Source of the DNA: Calditrichia bacterium
GTDB taxonomy: Bacteria; Calditrichota; Calditrichia; JAJRVZ01
Assembly (NCBI GenBank): GCA_963777955.1
Contig: CAVZSQ010000003.1
Coordinates: 1-64,000, forward strand
DNA length: 64,000 nucleotides
Direction: 5' to 3'
Both the position numbers and the translations under genes were made by a program. Of this stretch, positions 44,423 through 54,677 are shown piece by piece. The notes under the pieces are model-generated. The model made no database searches. It saw only the letters and a program-made list of their open reading frames with translations, and was not told the origin of the DNA. The number at the start of each line of letters is the position of its first letter. The first letter of the stretch is position 1.

Positions 44423-44884
44423 ATGGGATTTATCAGAATTACTATTTTGGCCATTGCGCTGGTAATATATCTATATTCATGTCATCCCTTAAAAAACCAG
44501 GGGGTAGAAGCTGATTATTTGCCCGATCTGAAAATTCAGGAGGTGCGATCTGTTTTCATCCGCCCGGAGATAGTTCCCCCAAAGAACGGGCCGAAAATGT
44601 CAATAGTCTATCCGGTAACTGATCTTGAATTTTTTATTGTGATCAAAAATATTGGTAACGCTGATTGGGATAACGACCTGTGCATCTATTACAACCTTGA
44701 TGCCGGCTGGAAAAAGGGTGTGATCAGGATTGCAGAACTGGAAATTCCCTATGCTCTCCATGCTGAAGCATCGTTCAGGTTAAAAATTATAGAACGCCGG
44801 CCAAGTACTGCAACCATAATTATCAATCCAGCCGAGACTGATTCTACTAGAAGGGTGTATATTTGTGAAAGAAGCATTTTATAA
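44423..44884 (+). CDS. Hypothetical lipoprotein, CARDB-like (3' end probably frameshifted)
   Basis: LYSC signal; LPDL.I and IKNIG motifs. Confidence 0.6.
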   Translation: MGFIRITILAIALVIYLYSCHPLKNQGVEADYLPDLKIQEVRSVFIRPEIVPPKNGPKMSIVYPVTDLEFFIVIKNIGNADWDNDLCIYYNLDAGWKKGVIRIAELEIPYALHAEASFRLKIIERRPSTATIIINPAETDSTRRVYICERSIL

Positions 44885-44978
44885 TAATAACATTTACCAG
44901 ATTAATTTTGATAATTAGTTTAAATGATATTCTTAAAGAAATTCATACCCTGAAAATTGTTTGCCGTAATTTATTTTT

Positions 44979-45487
44979 TTAATAGACCGCACCTATATAT
45001 TGATCAGGTGCCCTTAAAAGATATACTTCATGCTGATATATAATTCTTACAACCGCATCGACAATTAGCCCTACTTCCCAATCACAATTAGTACCCACGA
45101 CCATGGCGACTTGATTTTGCTGGCCTGCAGATAACGGAGCAGGCTTGTCGAAGTATGATTTCCAGATAGCGGATTCATGAATCAAATAAATGGCATCACT
45201 GGAAATATTCGCAGAAATAGTGCGGAATCTGTCGCTTCGATATAGGCACAGGCGATGAATAGATATTTATTATCGGTTGTGGGCATGGGCATTAAATTAT
45301 AATACAGATTACAGTGTAAGAAGAATTTTCTGCCGGCGAGATCAATTGTATCCGGAGCAGCCAAAAGTTTGTTTAAGGGTATGTAGGGTGCAGCCGGCTC
45401 ATACGGTAAGACACCTTCAGAGCATGAGAATATATTACCAAGAATTATAATCGACACCAAACCAATTACGTTCCTGAACCTAGGCAT
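44979..45487 (-). CDS. Hypothetical lipoprotein (frameshifted)
   Basis: IFSC signal; ORFs 45182-45487 and 44979-45185 are contiguous. Confidence 0.6.
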
Positions 45488-45614
45488 TCTCTATATCCTT
45501 CATGATAAGAATAGACTCAATACACAAACACGTTTAAAAATATTACTTTGATTTTGGTATTACGCTAATGTTTAGCACCGAGCCGGAGATTCCAATCAAT
45601 CAATTTTCAAAATA

Positions 45615-46322
45615 TCAATTTCTTTTTTCTTCTGATTCTACGATGTCTTTGTCCACAACCTTGCTGTTCTGGTCCTGATTATACTGGCGATGATATTTTC
45701 CGAACGGCATTGATTTTAAAGCCTGAATATTTACATTTTTTGCCTGGGGGACATAATCGGTGGCGGCAGTCTTGATCGCAGTGGAGGCAACCAGAACTAA
45801 TAGTCCGGCCAGACCACCTGAATTGCCGGAATCACCGGAGGTATCTACGGTGATTGTCCGTTTGTTTTTCCATAAGGTTTCACCAGTTTTTGTAGATACC
45901 AGTTTAAAATCAATTGTAACTGTCACGTTCCCGCCAATGACATAATAGGATGTATTCCATTCGATAATCCTGGTAAATAAAACGGCGTCTGTCCCGAAAT
46001 AATTCAGGAATTTATCCAGCGGCATATTTTCCATACTTCCTATTTCATAAAGGCCCTGTTCCTGCAATATTTGATTTATCACTTCGATTGGAAATATATA
46101 AAATCCAGTCTCGGCCAGAGGTTCAGCAATAGTGGTGGTATAATAGTCTGTTGCTTCGGCGGCGGTGCTTTCATTGAGGGGTGGCAAAACAAGAATTGTG
46201 ACGGGTGATTCCTTGTACATATTCGGGAAAGCCTCCAATTTTGATAACTTGGGAGTACAGGAGATAAGGCTCACAGAAATAATAATGATATAAATAAAAA
46301 GAACTTTTACCATAGGTCGCAT
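45615..46322 (-). CDS. DUF799/GNA1162 family lipoprotein
   Basis: ILVLPPLNES, PLAETGFYIFP, FGTDAVLF; operon context. Confidence 0.85.
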   Translation of the reverse strand: MRPMVKVLFIYIIIISVSLISCTPKLSKLEAFPNMYKESPVTILVLPPLNESTAAEATDYYTTTIAEPLAETGFYIFPIEVINQILQEQGLYEIGSMENMPLDKFLNYFGTDAVLFTRIIEWNTSYYVIGGNVTVTIDFKLVSTKTGETLWKNKRTITVDTSGDSGNSGGLAGLLVLVASTAIKTAATDYVPQAKNVNIQALKSMPFGKYHRQYNQDQNSKVVDKDIVESEEKRN

Positions 46323-46324
46323 AA

Positions 46325-46676
46325 TTACTCCTGTGATTTTTTAATTTGACTGATTAATCTCTCGACAAATGGTTTGGATTCAGGATAATGCTCAACCTCC
46401 AGTTCAAAGTATTTCAATCCTTCGTCGATACCTCCCTGTTGAACAAGGATATACCCATATTCACAATACAAGCCTGGAGGAACTTTTTTATGCTTTCTTT
46501 CTGCATTCGTGAATATTTCTTCCAAAGTCTCCCGGTGTTTTAATCTGCTTTCATCCCCCGGTTCTTTTTTTAGTTTATACAGGGAGGATGAATAATTGCC
46601 CCAATAGTATATATTAGTAGCCTGGATTGCACCCGGAAATAAAAATGAATAATAATATCAACAAAGTATTTTTCAT
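46325..46676 (-). CDS. DUF4810 family lipoprotein (frameshifted)
   Basis: YYWGNY N-terminus; VPPGLYCEYG...E..HYPES. Confidence 0.82.
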
Positions 46677-46990
46677 TGAATTTTTATCTCCTTGGTTTCA
46701 CTACTGCCGATATAAAATTTTTCATCGATGAGTAAGGTTTCATTTCTATATACTTTAATCCGGTGATTTCCAGGAGTTATTTTGTACAAGTACAGATCAG
46801 AAAATTTATTTTCATTATTTTGGGGTGTAAAAGCATTCCCTTCATCCACAACAACGGATATGTTTATAAGATCGCCTTTAAAACTTAAAAAACTTTCCGT
46901 TTGGATCTGACTGGTTTGTCCAATGTGCCCGTAATTCCCACAGGAAAAAACCAGCAAGCTGCCTAGCAGCAAAATAAATCTTAACATCAT
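46673..46990 (-). CDS. Small lipoprotein, PEGA-like
   Basis: VFSC signal; ITPGNHRIKV. Confidence 0.7.
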   Translation of the reverse strand: MMLRFILLLGSLLVFSCGNYGHIGQTSQIQTESFLSFKGDLINISVVVDEGNAFTPQNNENKFSDLYLYKITPGNHRIKVYRNETLLIDEKFYIGSSETKEIKIQ

Positions 46991-46997
46991 TCCTCCC

Positions 46998-47951
46998 TTA
47001 CTTTACTTCTTGTACGAACAAATTGCTAAAATCGGTGGTCAGTATTTCTCCTTCAATAATTGTACAAAGTGCTATTTCATTTTGTTGGTTATCCCCTGCT
47101 AATGAAACCACTTTAATTTTAGCAATATTTTTACCCGGTAACTCAATCAGCATATTTGACTGTGGATTAATTACTTTTTTTCCTCTTTCCACAACAACAA
47201 AAACATCACCAACCATGATACCCTGAGATTTGCCGCCGGATATTAAATAGGTGCCATTATCATAATCTAAAAGGTACGATTTCCACGGTTTATCAAGCAG
47301 ATTGGAAACCAGGTTGCTTACCATTTTCGAAATGGCTACAGAAATAGCCTGATCGTTAAGCGCGGAGTTATAACCGGCATTACTACCCACACCGAGCACT
47401 GTGGCATCTTCAGAACTGGCTTCACCTTCACCTTCTTCTGAATAGGTTATTTGACCCGTTGATATATCCACCAGACGCAGGTATACTTTGGCCCGGGCGG
47501 TCTGTTTTTTAGAACGGGAGAATATGCCAACATCGCTGGTTGTATTTCTACCAAATTCTGAAACAGATCCAACAATTAAATAATCCGCTGGAATATTCAG
47601 CTTTTGAAGATTACCAAATTCAAGTTCTTTATTTATAAACTCGAGATCAGCGCGCTCTAATAATATGAATTTATCAGTCGAGGTTAATTTTGATGATAAA
47701 ATATCCATAGCTTGTTTGGCGATCGGATCATTTTCTTTATCGTAAAAAATGCCTTTGCCATAAACGGTTTCATTTGAAAAACGGGCGATAGCGACTTTTC
47801 TTTTTAGAAATCGGGTGGATTCAGATTCCTGGTTTATTGTTTTACTAATTACAGGCTTTTGATCTACAGTCTCTACTTTAGTAAGGCTTTTATGACAGCC
47901 TGCAAGAATAAACAAACTACCTATCATAAAAAGTACGTATCTCAAGGGCAT
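46998..47951 (-). CDS. CsgG/HfaB family lipoprotein
   Basis: LAGC lipobox; KRKVAIARFSNET, F.LLER, GSVSEFG, LRLVD..TG. Confidence 0.87.
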   Translation of the reverse strand: MPLRYVLFMIGSLFILAGCHKSLTKVETVDQKPVISKTINQESESTRFLKRKVAIARFSNETVYGKGIFYDKENDPIAKQAMDILSSKLTSTDKFILLERADLEFINKELEFGNLQKLNIPADYLIVGSVSEFGRNTTSDVGIFSRSKKQTARAKVYLRLVDISTGQITYSEEGEGEASSEDATVLGVGSNAGYNSALNDQAISVAISKMVSNLVSNLLDKPWKSYLLDYDNGTYLISGGKSQGIMVGDVFVVVERGKKVINPQSNMLIELPGKNIAKIKVVSLAGDNQQNEIALCTIIEGEILTTDFSNLFVQEVK

Positions 47952-48297
47952 TTGAACCTCCTTATCTAAATCATAATTATAAATTTTTGTGGTATTTCAC
48001 GTTTTATAAATAGTCCGCTCAGTAAGAGTCAAAATTTAAAATAGACTTTGTTTCTCGATTTAGCCAGTAATTACAGACAAAGCTAATAGAATATACCCTA
48101 ACTAACTAAAATCCACTCTATTAACAATTAGCGGAAAGAAGATACATGATTATCAATTTGATCCAGTATATAAATGCAAGTTCAAAATACTAACACTCTA
48201 AATATAATTAAAGGATTACCTGAATCAAATAAAAATATTCGATCCTTTGGTATCAATCAGATAAAAAATAACCTGGATTGACTCTCCTTGTCCGCGA

Positions 48298-48447
48298 CCG
48301 CCGTACACATCCAGTGCATAAGTGTCCAACAAAAACTGCAATTTTTATATGAATTGCTGACCGAGATATTGAATTGATTGTCGATGCGGAGGGCTTGGAT
48401 AACCGGAAAGTGTATCTTATGAATAAATTGTGGGGACTTCAGTCCAT
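48298..48447 (-). pseudogene. Diverged internal fragment of trpF
   Basis: Aligns to 51934-52084; reads SPQFIHKIHFPVIQALRIDNQFNISV...LLDTYALDVYGG versus SPQYIQEIHYPVIKAFRVDNQFDFSV...LLDTYSADVYGG. Confidence 0.85.
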
Positions 48448-48456
48448 AGGCAATCA

Positions 48457-48562
48457 GCCCTGGCCATATTTAATGGCCAGGGCGGTGTTACTGCTTAATG
48501 ATGTTCCCGTGTGAATTTATCAGGGAACATTTTCTGACTGGCGGGCAAATCAATCCTGCCTG
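48457..48562. terminator. Series of hairpins downstream of the BON gene
   Basis: GCCCTGGCCAT/ATGGCCAGGGC and ATGTTCCC/GGGAACAT. Confidence 0.5.
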
Positions 48563-48570
48563 TCCTCATA

Positions 48571-49311
48571 TTACTTGCTGTTAACTTTGATATTATTAAC
48601 TACTTTCATAGCGTCGGTGTTGAATTCAGCCAAGACTCCTGCCCAGCCTCTGAGTGATTCACTGTCCAGGTTCCCTTCCAGTGTGATATCCGGACCTTTG
48701 ACCACGATGTGGACGGGTGGATACGGCATATAAGCGTAATTTTCAAACATGGGATCGTTGTAAATTGCACGCGCTGCCTCGAAGCGGATATTATCGGGCC
48801 CCTGGTCAAACTGAATTTGATTATCTATTTTTTGAACATTTTTGATCTTTTCGACAATGGTCTGAATTTGCCTGGCTGTCCAGGGCAAATGCCCTGATCC
48901 CTTTAGCGTGATAGTGCCATTATTTGCTTCAACGGTGACCCAGTCAAAAATTGAGTAAAAAACATACCCGTTAATCCGGTCCTGAACTATCTTCGCCAGT
49001 ACGGAATCAGCGACACTGGAAAATTTCACCTTCAGCTCGTTGAGCACGGCATAGCTAGACTCCACATTTTTGACCTCCCGTTCAGCACGCTTCCAGGCGT
49101 TTATAGTAGGCACTTCGCCTTTCAGAGTGACAACTTTGCCGGCAACGGATACCTGAATATTGTTGTTGGCCAGCAGTCCTTTCTGAGCCAGCTGATGCTC
49201 GATCAGGGCTTGCGGTGTCGCTTCGGCCTTTTTCACCTCTTGTGAAACTGCCAGCATCTGAAAAGCAAATACCAGAAAAATTGAAGGGATGATGACAAGT
49301 CTCGATTTCAT
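48571..49311 (-). CDS. BON domain protein (three BON-like repeats)
   Basis: Signal peptide; VTLKGEV, ITLKGS, ITLEGN with V.N.L/I endings. Confidence 0.85.
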   Translation of the reverse strand: MKSRLVIIPSIFLVFAFQMLAVSQEVKKAEATPQALIEHQLAQKGLLANNNIQVSVAGKVVTLKGEVPTINAWKRAEREVKNVESSYAVLNELKVKFSSVADSVLAKIVQDRINGYVFYSIFDWVTVEANNGTITLKGSGHLPWTARQIQTIVEKIKNVQKIDNQIQFDQGPDNIRFEAARAIYNDPMFENYAYMPYPPVHIVVKGPDITLEGNLDSESLRGWAGVLAEFNTDAMKVVNNIKVNSK

Positions 49312-49634
49312 GGCTCTTCTCCTTCTTTATAACTATTGCAATTATACCAGCCATTACATCCTTTTGTTCCAATTTTCCACTTCCCCCCCCCGTCTCTCCC
49401 AACAGATCAGAATCCACCTCCGTCAATGGGCGGATCCCTGTGTGACGCCAGGCACGCACCTGCCAATCAATTTCTTCCTAAAACGGCTTCTATAACCTTT
49501 TTTACCTCTTAACCTATTTACCTTTTGTCCTTTCCCTCTACCTGACGGTAGATCTTCGACCGGTCTGCCTAGCGGCAGATCTCCGACCTGTCTGCGCCAG
49601 GTCTCCGACCTTCTCCCCACAGGCCTTACTCAAC

Positions 49635-50405
49635 TCAGAGATTAACTGTAATGCCTGGAGTATAATCGTGAGGTGTTGATCCCTGCCCCAGCGCACGGAT
49701 CACGGCACTGCCCACGATCACACCATCACAATACGGCGCAAATCGCCGTACATCCGCCGCTCCAAAAATACCGAAACCGATCAGCATCTTGTTCTTGCTG
49801 AGCAATCGATAAGTGCGCTGAATATCTACGAGTGTTTGTGAATTGAATTGATTCTGCATACCGGTGGTGCCGGTGATACTGACACAGTAGACAAAACCCG
49901 AACTGCGGTTGTCGATAGCCCGGATGCGCTCCTTGCCCGAAGTCGGCGTGGTTAATAAGATAATATCCAGATCTTCGGGTCGGCGTCCCCAGAAAGTGTC
50001 ATATTCCTCTAATGGTATATCCGGGATGATCAGACCGTTTATGCCGCTGTTGTAACTATCATCGATGAATTTTTTCAGACCGTAGCGATAAACAGTATTG
50101 GCATAGCCCATCAGGATCAGCGGTTTTTCGGTTTTGGAACGTATTTGTCCGGCATATTTGAAAATCTGCGACAGGTTGATTCCCGCCTCCAGCATTTTCT
50201 GCGAGGCCTGCTGGATAATCGGCCCGTCGGCAATGGGATCGCTGAAGGGGATGCCGATCTCCAGCATATCTGCCCCACGGTCCAAGACATCCACCGCCAG
50301 CGATGTGAAATCCGCCGGCAGTGGATATCCGGCTGGGAGAAAGACAGAAAGGGCTTTGCGCTGTTGTTGATTTATCAGTTCGATATACGATTTAATTTTG
50401 GACAT
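49635..50405 (-). CDS. trpA: Tryptophan synthase alpha subunit
   Basis: [34 protein letters not shown]. Confidence 0.95.
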   Translation of the reverse strand: MSKIKSYIELINQQQRKALSVFLPAGYPLPADFTSLAVDVLDRGADMLEIGIPFSDPIADGPIIQQASQKMLEAGINLSQIFKYAGQIRSKTEKPLILMGYANTVYRYGLKKFIDDSYNSGINGLIIPDIPLEEYDTFWGRRPEDLDIILLTTPTSGKERIRAIDNRSSGFVYCVSITGTTGMQNQFNSQTLVDIQRTYRLLSKNKMLIGFGIFGAADVRRFAPYCDGVIVGSAVIRALGQGSTPHDYTPGITVNL

Positions 50406-50422
50406 TAGTCTTAATCCTGTAT

Positions 50423-50480
50423 TAGTAATTGGTAATTGGTAATTGGTAATTTGGTTATTGGAATTTGGATTTTGGAATTT
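50423..50480. repeat. Heptamer repeats between trpB and trpA
   Basis: (TAATTGG)n and (GAATTTG)-like units. Confidence 0.8.
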
Positions 50481-51697
50481 GTTATGATCAATATGCTGCA
50501 TGATGGTATTTAGATCTTTGTCTCCTCTGCCACTAATATTAACCACAACGATTTGATGGCGGGAAGTTTCGGGCATCAACTTGTCCAGATAGGCCAAGGC
50601 ATGGGCTGTTTCCAGGGCCGGCAGGATACCTTCATAGCGAGCCAGTTTCAGGGTTGCGGCCATGGCCTGTTCATCGGTGACGGCTGCATAGCGGACTCTT
50701 TTGATATCCTTGAGCAGGGAGTGCTCAGGTCCCACCCCGGGATAATCCAGTCCGGCCGAGATGGAATGGACCGCGAGCTACCTGTCCTTCTTTTGATTGC
50801 AGCAGATAACTTTTCATCCCCTGAAAAATACCGGGTGTGCCTTTGAGCAAAGTCGAACAGTGGCGTCCGGTGCGAAGTCCTGCTCCTGCCGCCTCCACCC
50901 CGATCAGATTAACTTTCCGGTCCTTGATGAAAGGGTAGAAAATACCTATGGCATTCGATCCGCCACCGACACAGGCTACAATATAATCCGGCAGGCGGTC
51001 CGCTCCCGCAGGACTGCCTGATCTGAATCCGGGTCTCCCGGCCGATTACCGACTGAAAGTTGCGCACAATCAAGGGGTAGGGATGCGGTCCCACCACCGA
51101 ACCAATGAGATAGTAAGTGTCGCGCACATTGGTTACCCAGTCGCGGATGGCCTCGTTGGTGGCATCTTTCAATGTACGGGTACCGGACTTGACCGGCCGT
51201 ACTTCGGCCCCCAGGATCTGCATGCGAAAGACGTTCGGTTTCTGGCGTTCAATATCCACTTCACCCATATAGACCACGCATTGCAGATCGAGATTGGCAC
51301 AGACTGTGGCCACGGCCACTCCGTGCTGGCCGGCTCCGGTTTCAGCGATGATCCGCTTTTTACCGATGCGTTTGGCCAGCAGGATCTGTCCCAGAGCATT
51401 ATTAAGTTTGTGGGCACCGGTGTGACACAGGTCCTCCCGCTTTAAATAGATCCGGGCCCGGCCATAATATCCGGTCAGGCGTTTAGCGTAGGTTAAAGGT
51501 GTGGGACGGCCGTTATAGGTTTTCTGTAAATACTCCAGTTCCTGGTGAAAACCCGGATCCTTGCTGGCGGTGTGATATGTTTTTTCCAGATCAGCCAGGG
51601 CCGAGATTAATGTTTCAGGTACATATTTTCCGCCAAAGTCACCGAATTTCCCACGGACATCCGGCCAGCGATAAGCAGGTTTCATAAATTCACCCAA
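50480..51697 (-). CDS. trpB: Tryptophan synthase beta subunit (frameshifts at about 50780-51010)
   Basis: [42 protein letters not shown]. Confidence 0.95.
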
Positions 51698-51707
51698 TTA
51701 GTTATGA

Positions 51708-52331
51708 TCAATATTCTCTTGTGCGCAATTTTTCAATCTGTTTAAAGAATGCTTTTAATTTTTCCGGATCTTTCTTGCCGGGTGTACTTTCCACCGCTGA
51801 GGACAGATCCACTCCGGCAGGTTTTACTTTTTGAAACACCTGTTGAATATTGGCAGCCGATATACCTCCGGCCAGCAGGCAGGTTGGACGCAGCCCGGCC
51901 GGGATGCAATTCCAGTTAAAACTTTCGCCAGACCCGCCGTACACATCCGCTGAATAAGTATCCAGTAAGAAATTGCAGTTTTTATATGCATTGATGACCG
52001 AGAAATCGAATTGATTGTCAACACGGAAGGCTTTGATAACCGGGTAATGTATCTCCTGAATATATTGCGGTGACTCATCGCCATGCAGTTGGGCCCCATG
52101 CAAACGGCAGGTGCGGATAATCTGATTAACCGTTTCGGCCTGTTCATTAACAAAGACACCGATCTTGAGCAGCAGCGGCGAAACCTGATTGACGATCTCT
52201 TCAACCTGCTCCGGAGGCACATAGCGTTTGCTGCCGGGGTAAAAAATAAAACCGATGGCGTCGACCCCCAGGCTCTGGCATAATAAGGCATCAGCTAAAT
52301 TGGTAATCCCGCATATTTTAATTCTCATCAT
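51708..52331 (-). CDS. trpF: Phosphoribosylanthranilate isomerase
   Basis: IKICGIT, QLHGDE, LLAGGI, VDLSSAVE. Confidence 0.95.
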   Translation of the reverse strand: MMRIKICGITNLADALLCQSLGVDAIGFIFYPGSKRYVPPEQVEEIVNQVSPLLLKIGVFVNEQAETVNQIIRTCRLHGAQLHGDESPQYIQEIHYPVIKAFRVDNQFDFSVINAYKNCNFLLDTYSADVYGGSGESFNWNCIPAGLRPTCLLAGGISAANIQQVFQKVKPAGVDLSSAVESTPGKKDPEKLKAFFKQIEKLRTREY

Positions 52332-53113
52332 TGCACCATTGTTTAAGTTCATGAAGGGCTGCACCCGGATCAGCGGCACGCAGCAAATGCCCACCGACCA
52401 GTATAGCCTGAATACCCGCCTGTTTTATATTTTCTATCTGTGATTTTTCCCGGATACCGCTTTCGGCTACTGTGACAATTTCAGCAGGTAAAAATTTTTT
52501 GATACGAATCGCCGTCTGCGGATCTACGCTTAAATCATTCAGGTTACGATTATTGATTCCGATCAAGCGGTTTTGTTGCAGATCAATTTTCTCAAGTTGT
52601 TCCTCACTGTGCAATTCGAGCAAGACATCCAGATTGACAGTTGAGGCGGCCTGGGTTAACTCAGCAATCTGGTTGGCGGATAAAATTTCTGCGATCAGCA
52701 GGATAGCATCGGCTCCGGCGGCACATGCCTCGTAAATCTGATATTCATCAAGAATAAAATCTTTGCGCAGTAAGGGGATCCGGCAGAAAGCGGCAATCCG
52801 GCGTAAATATTCTATATCGCCCTGAAAAAATTTACGATCGGTCAGTACCGATATGGCTGTGGCCTGGTTCGTTTCATAACTGCGGGCGATTTTTTCCGGA
52901 TCGAAATCGGTGCGGATCACACCGGCCGCCGGACTGGCCTTTTTAACTTCAGCGATTACGGCCAACTGCCTGGACCGGCGCAGTGCCTGGATTAGACTTC
53001 TGGTCGGCCGGTTAAAAAATCCGGCATCACGGAAATCCTCGCGGTGGTAGCGAAGATGCAGTTGCCGGATCTCTTCGTTTTTTACCTCGGACGATCTGAT
53101 CCAGAATATTCAT
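52318..53113 (-). CDS. trpC: Indole-3-glycerol phosphate synthase (5' frameshift)
   Basis: MNILDQI start overlapping the trpD stop; IAEVKKASP, LRKDFI, GINNRNL, VAESGI. Confidence 0.95.
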
Positions 53114-54111
53114 GCAAAATCCTTCAACTGGTTTAATTTTTTCAGTGCGGCTCCGCACAGAATAGCCTCCTCTGCTGCGGCCAGGCAATTTTTAATAGAC
53201 GGATCATACCCGGCTATCCACAGGGCCATAGCGGCATTGGCGGCAGTGACCTGAAAAACGGCATTTTTTTTCTTTTTTGCAAACAACTTCAACAGGATAT
53301 CCGCGTTCTGCTCAGGGGAATTCCCGCATATGTGCTGCGGGTCGACCGGAGCATAGCCAAAAGTAGAATGATCGATCTGGTAATGTTTAATCTGTCCATC
53401 ATATTCAAATATGTCTGTGGGTTGTGTCAGGGTGATTTCATCAAATTGATCGGCGGTACAGACAAAACACACCTTTTCCATATTCAGCATGTGTGCTGCC
53501 TGGGCCATGATATTTGCCGTATGACAATTGTATGTACCGATCATCTGGCGTTTTGTACCGGCCGGATTGGTTAATGGACCCAGTATATTGAAAATAGTTT
53601 TCATACCCAGTTCACGGCGTACCGGTGCTACATTTTTCATGGCCGGGTGATAATCAGGGGCGAAAAGAAAAGTAATGCCGATTTCATCCAGGGCGGCCTG
53701 GGCACGTTCAGGGGGCAGATTGATATTGATACCCAGGGCTTTCATCAAATCGGCGCTGCCGCATTTACTGGAAACGGAACGGTTGCCATGCTTGGCTACC
53801 GGTACTCCTGCGGCAGCGATCACAAAAGCCACGGTAGTGGATATATTAAATGTGCCTGAATTATCTCCGCCGGTTCCGCAGACATCAATAATCCTGTCCC
53901 GGCGGCTGGTAATTTTTATACTGCGTTCGCGCATGGCCTGAGCCGAGCCGGCAACTTCCTCTGCAGTTTCGCCTTTAATTTTTAAAGCGATCAACCAGGC
54001 GGCAATTTCGGCCTGGTTGGCCGAACCATCCATGATATGACCCATACTGTTCATCGATTCTTCAAAGGTAAGATTCTGACCGCCAATTATCTTTTCCAGA
54101 TTTTCTTTCAT
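53110..54111 (-). CDS. trpD: Anthranilate phosphoribosyltransferase
   Basis: DVCGTGGD, FNIST, AKHGNRSVSS, FNILGPLTNP. Confidence 0.96.
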   Translation of the reverse strand: MKENLEKIIGGQNLTFEESMNSMGHIMDGSANQAEIAAWLIALKIKGETAEEVAGSAQAMRERSIKITSRRDRIIDVCGTGGDNSGTFNISTTVAFVIAAAGVPVAKHGNRSVSSKCGSADLMKALGININLPPERAQAALDEIGITFLFAPDYHPAMKNVAPVRRELGMKTIFNILGPLTNPAGTKRQMIGTYNCHTANIMAQAAHMLNMEKVCFVCTADQFDEITLTQPTDIFEYDGQIKHYQIDHSTFGYAPVDPQHICGNSPEQNADILLKLFAKKKKNAVFQVTAANAAMALWIAGYDPSIKNCLAAAEEAILCGAALKKLNQLKDFA

Positions 54112-54677
54112 ATGACCTCCAGCCAGTTTTGAATTATTTTGCTCCCTTCCGGGGTTAAAAAAGACTCAGGATGAAATTGAATCCCTTCCACGGCGTATTG
54201 TTTATGCCGTACTCCCATAATGATGCCATCCTCGGTTTCGGCGCTTATTTCCAGTTTAGTGCTGAGCGTACTGCGTTCGATAGCGAGTGAATGGTAGCGG
54301 GTAGCCTGGAAATTCTGCCGGATATTTTTAAAGATAGTTTTGCCGTCATGACGGATCAGCGAGGTTTTGCCATGCATCAGGTGTGGTGCCCGGATTACCC
54401 TGGAACCATAAGTAATGGCGATACTCTGATGTCCCAGACAGACTCCCAGAATAGGAACATCCCGGCCCATGTCTTCAATTACCTTCAGGCAAATATTGGA
54501 ATCCTCCGGACGTCCGGGACCGGGGGAAATAAGGATGCGCTCCGGTTGCAGACAGCGGATTTCACTGAGGGTGATGCGGTCGTTTCGGCATACGGTAATA
54601 TCCGCTGAAAAACGACCGACCAATTGCACCAGGTTAAAAGTAAATGAATCGTAGTTATCGATCACCAGGATCTTCAT
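54108..54677 (-). CDS. trpG: Anthranilate synthase component II
   Basis: IDNYDSFT, SPGPG, GVCLGHQ, QFHPES. Confidence 0.96.
   Translation of the reverse strand: MKILVIDNYDSFTFNLVQLVGRFSADITVCRNDRITLSEIRCLQPERILISPGPGRPEDSNICLKVIEDMGRDVPILGVCLGHQSIAITYGSRVIRAPHLMHGKTSLIRHDGKTIFKNIRQNFQATRYHSLAIERSTLSTKLEISAETEDGIIMGVRHKQYAVEGIQFHPESFLTPEGSKIIQNWLEVI

Noticed and set aside
48298..52084. DGR-type template for trpF
   Set aside because: Substitutions are not adenine-specific on either strand, and the target is a housekeeping enzyme interior
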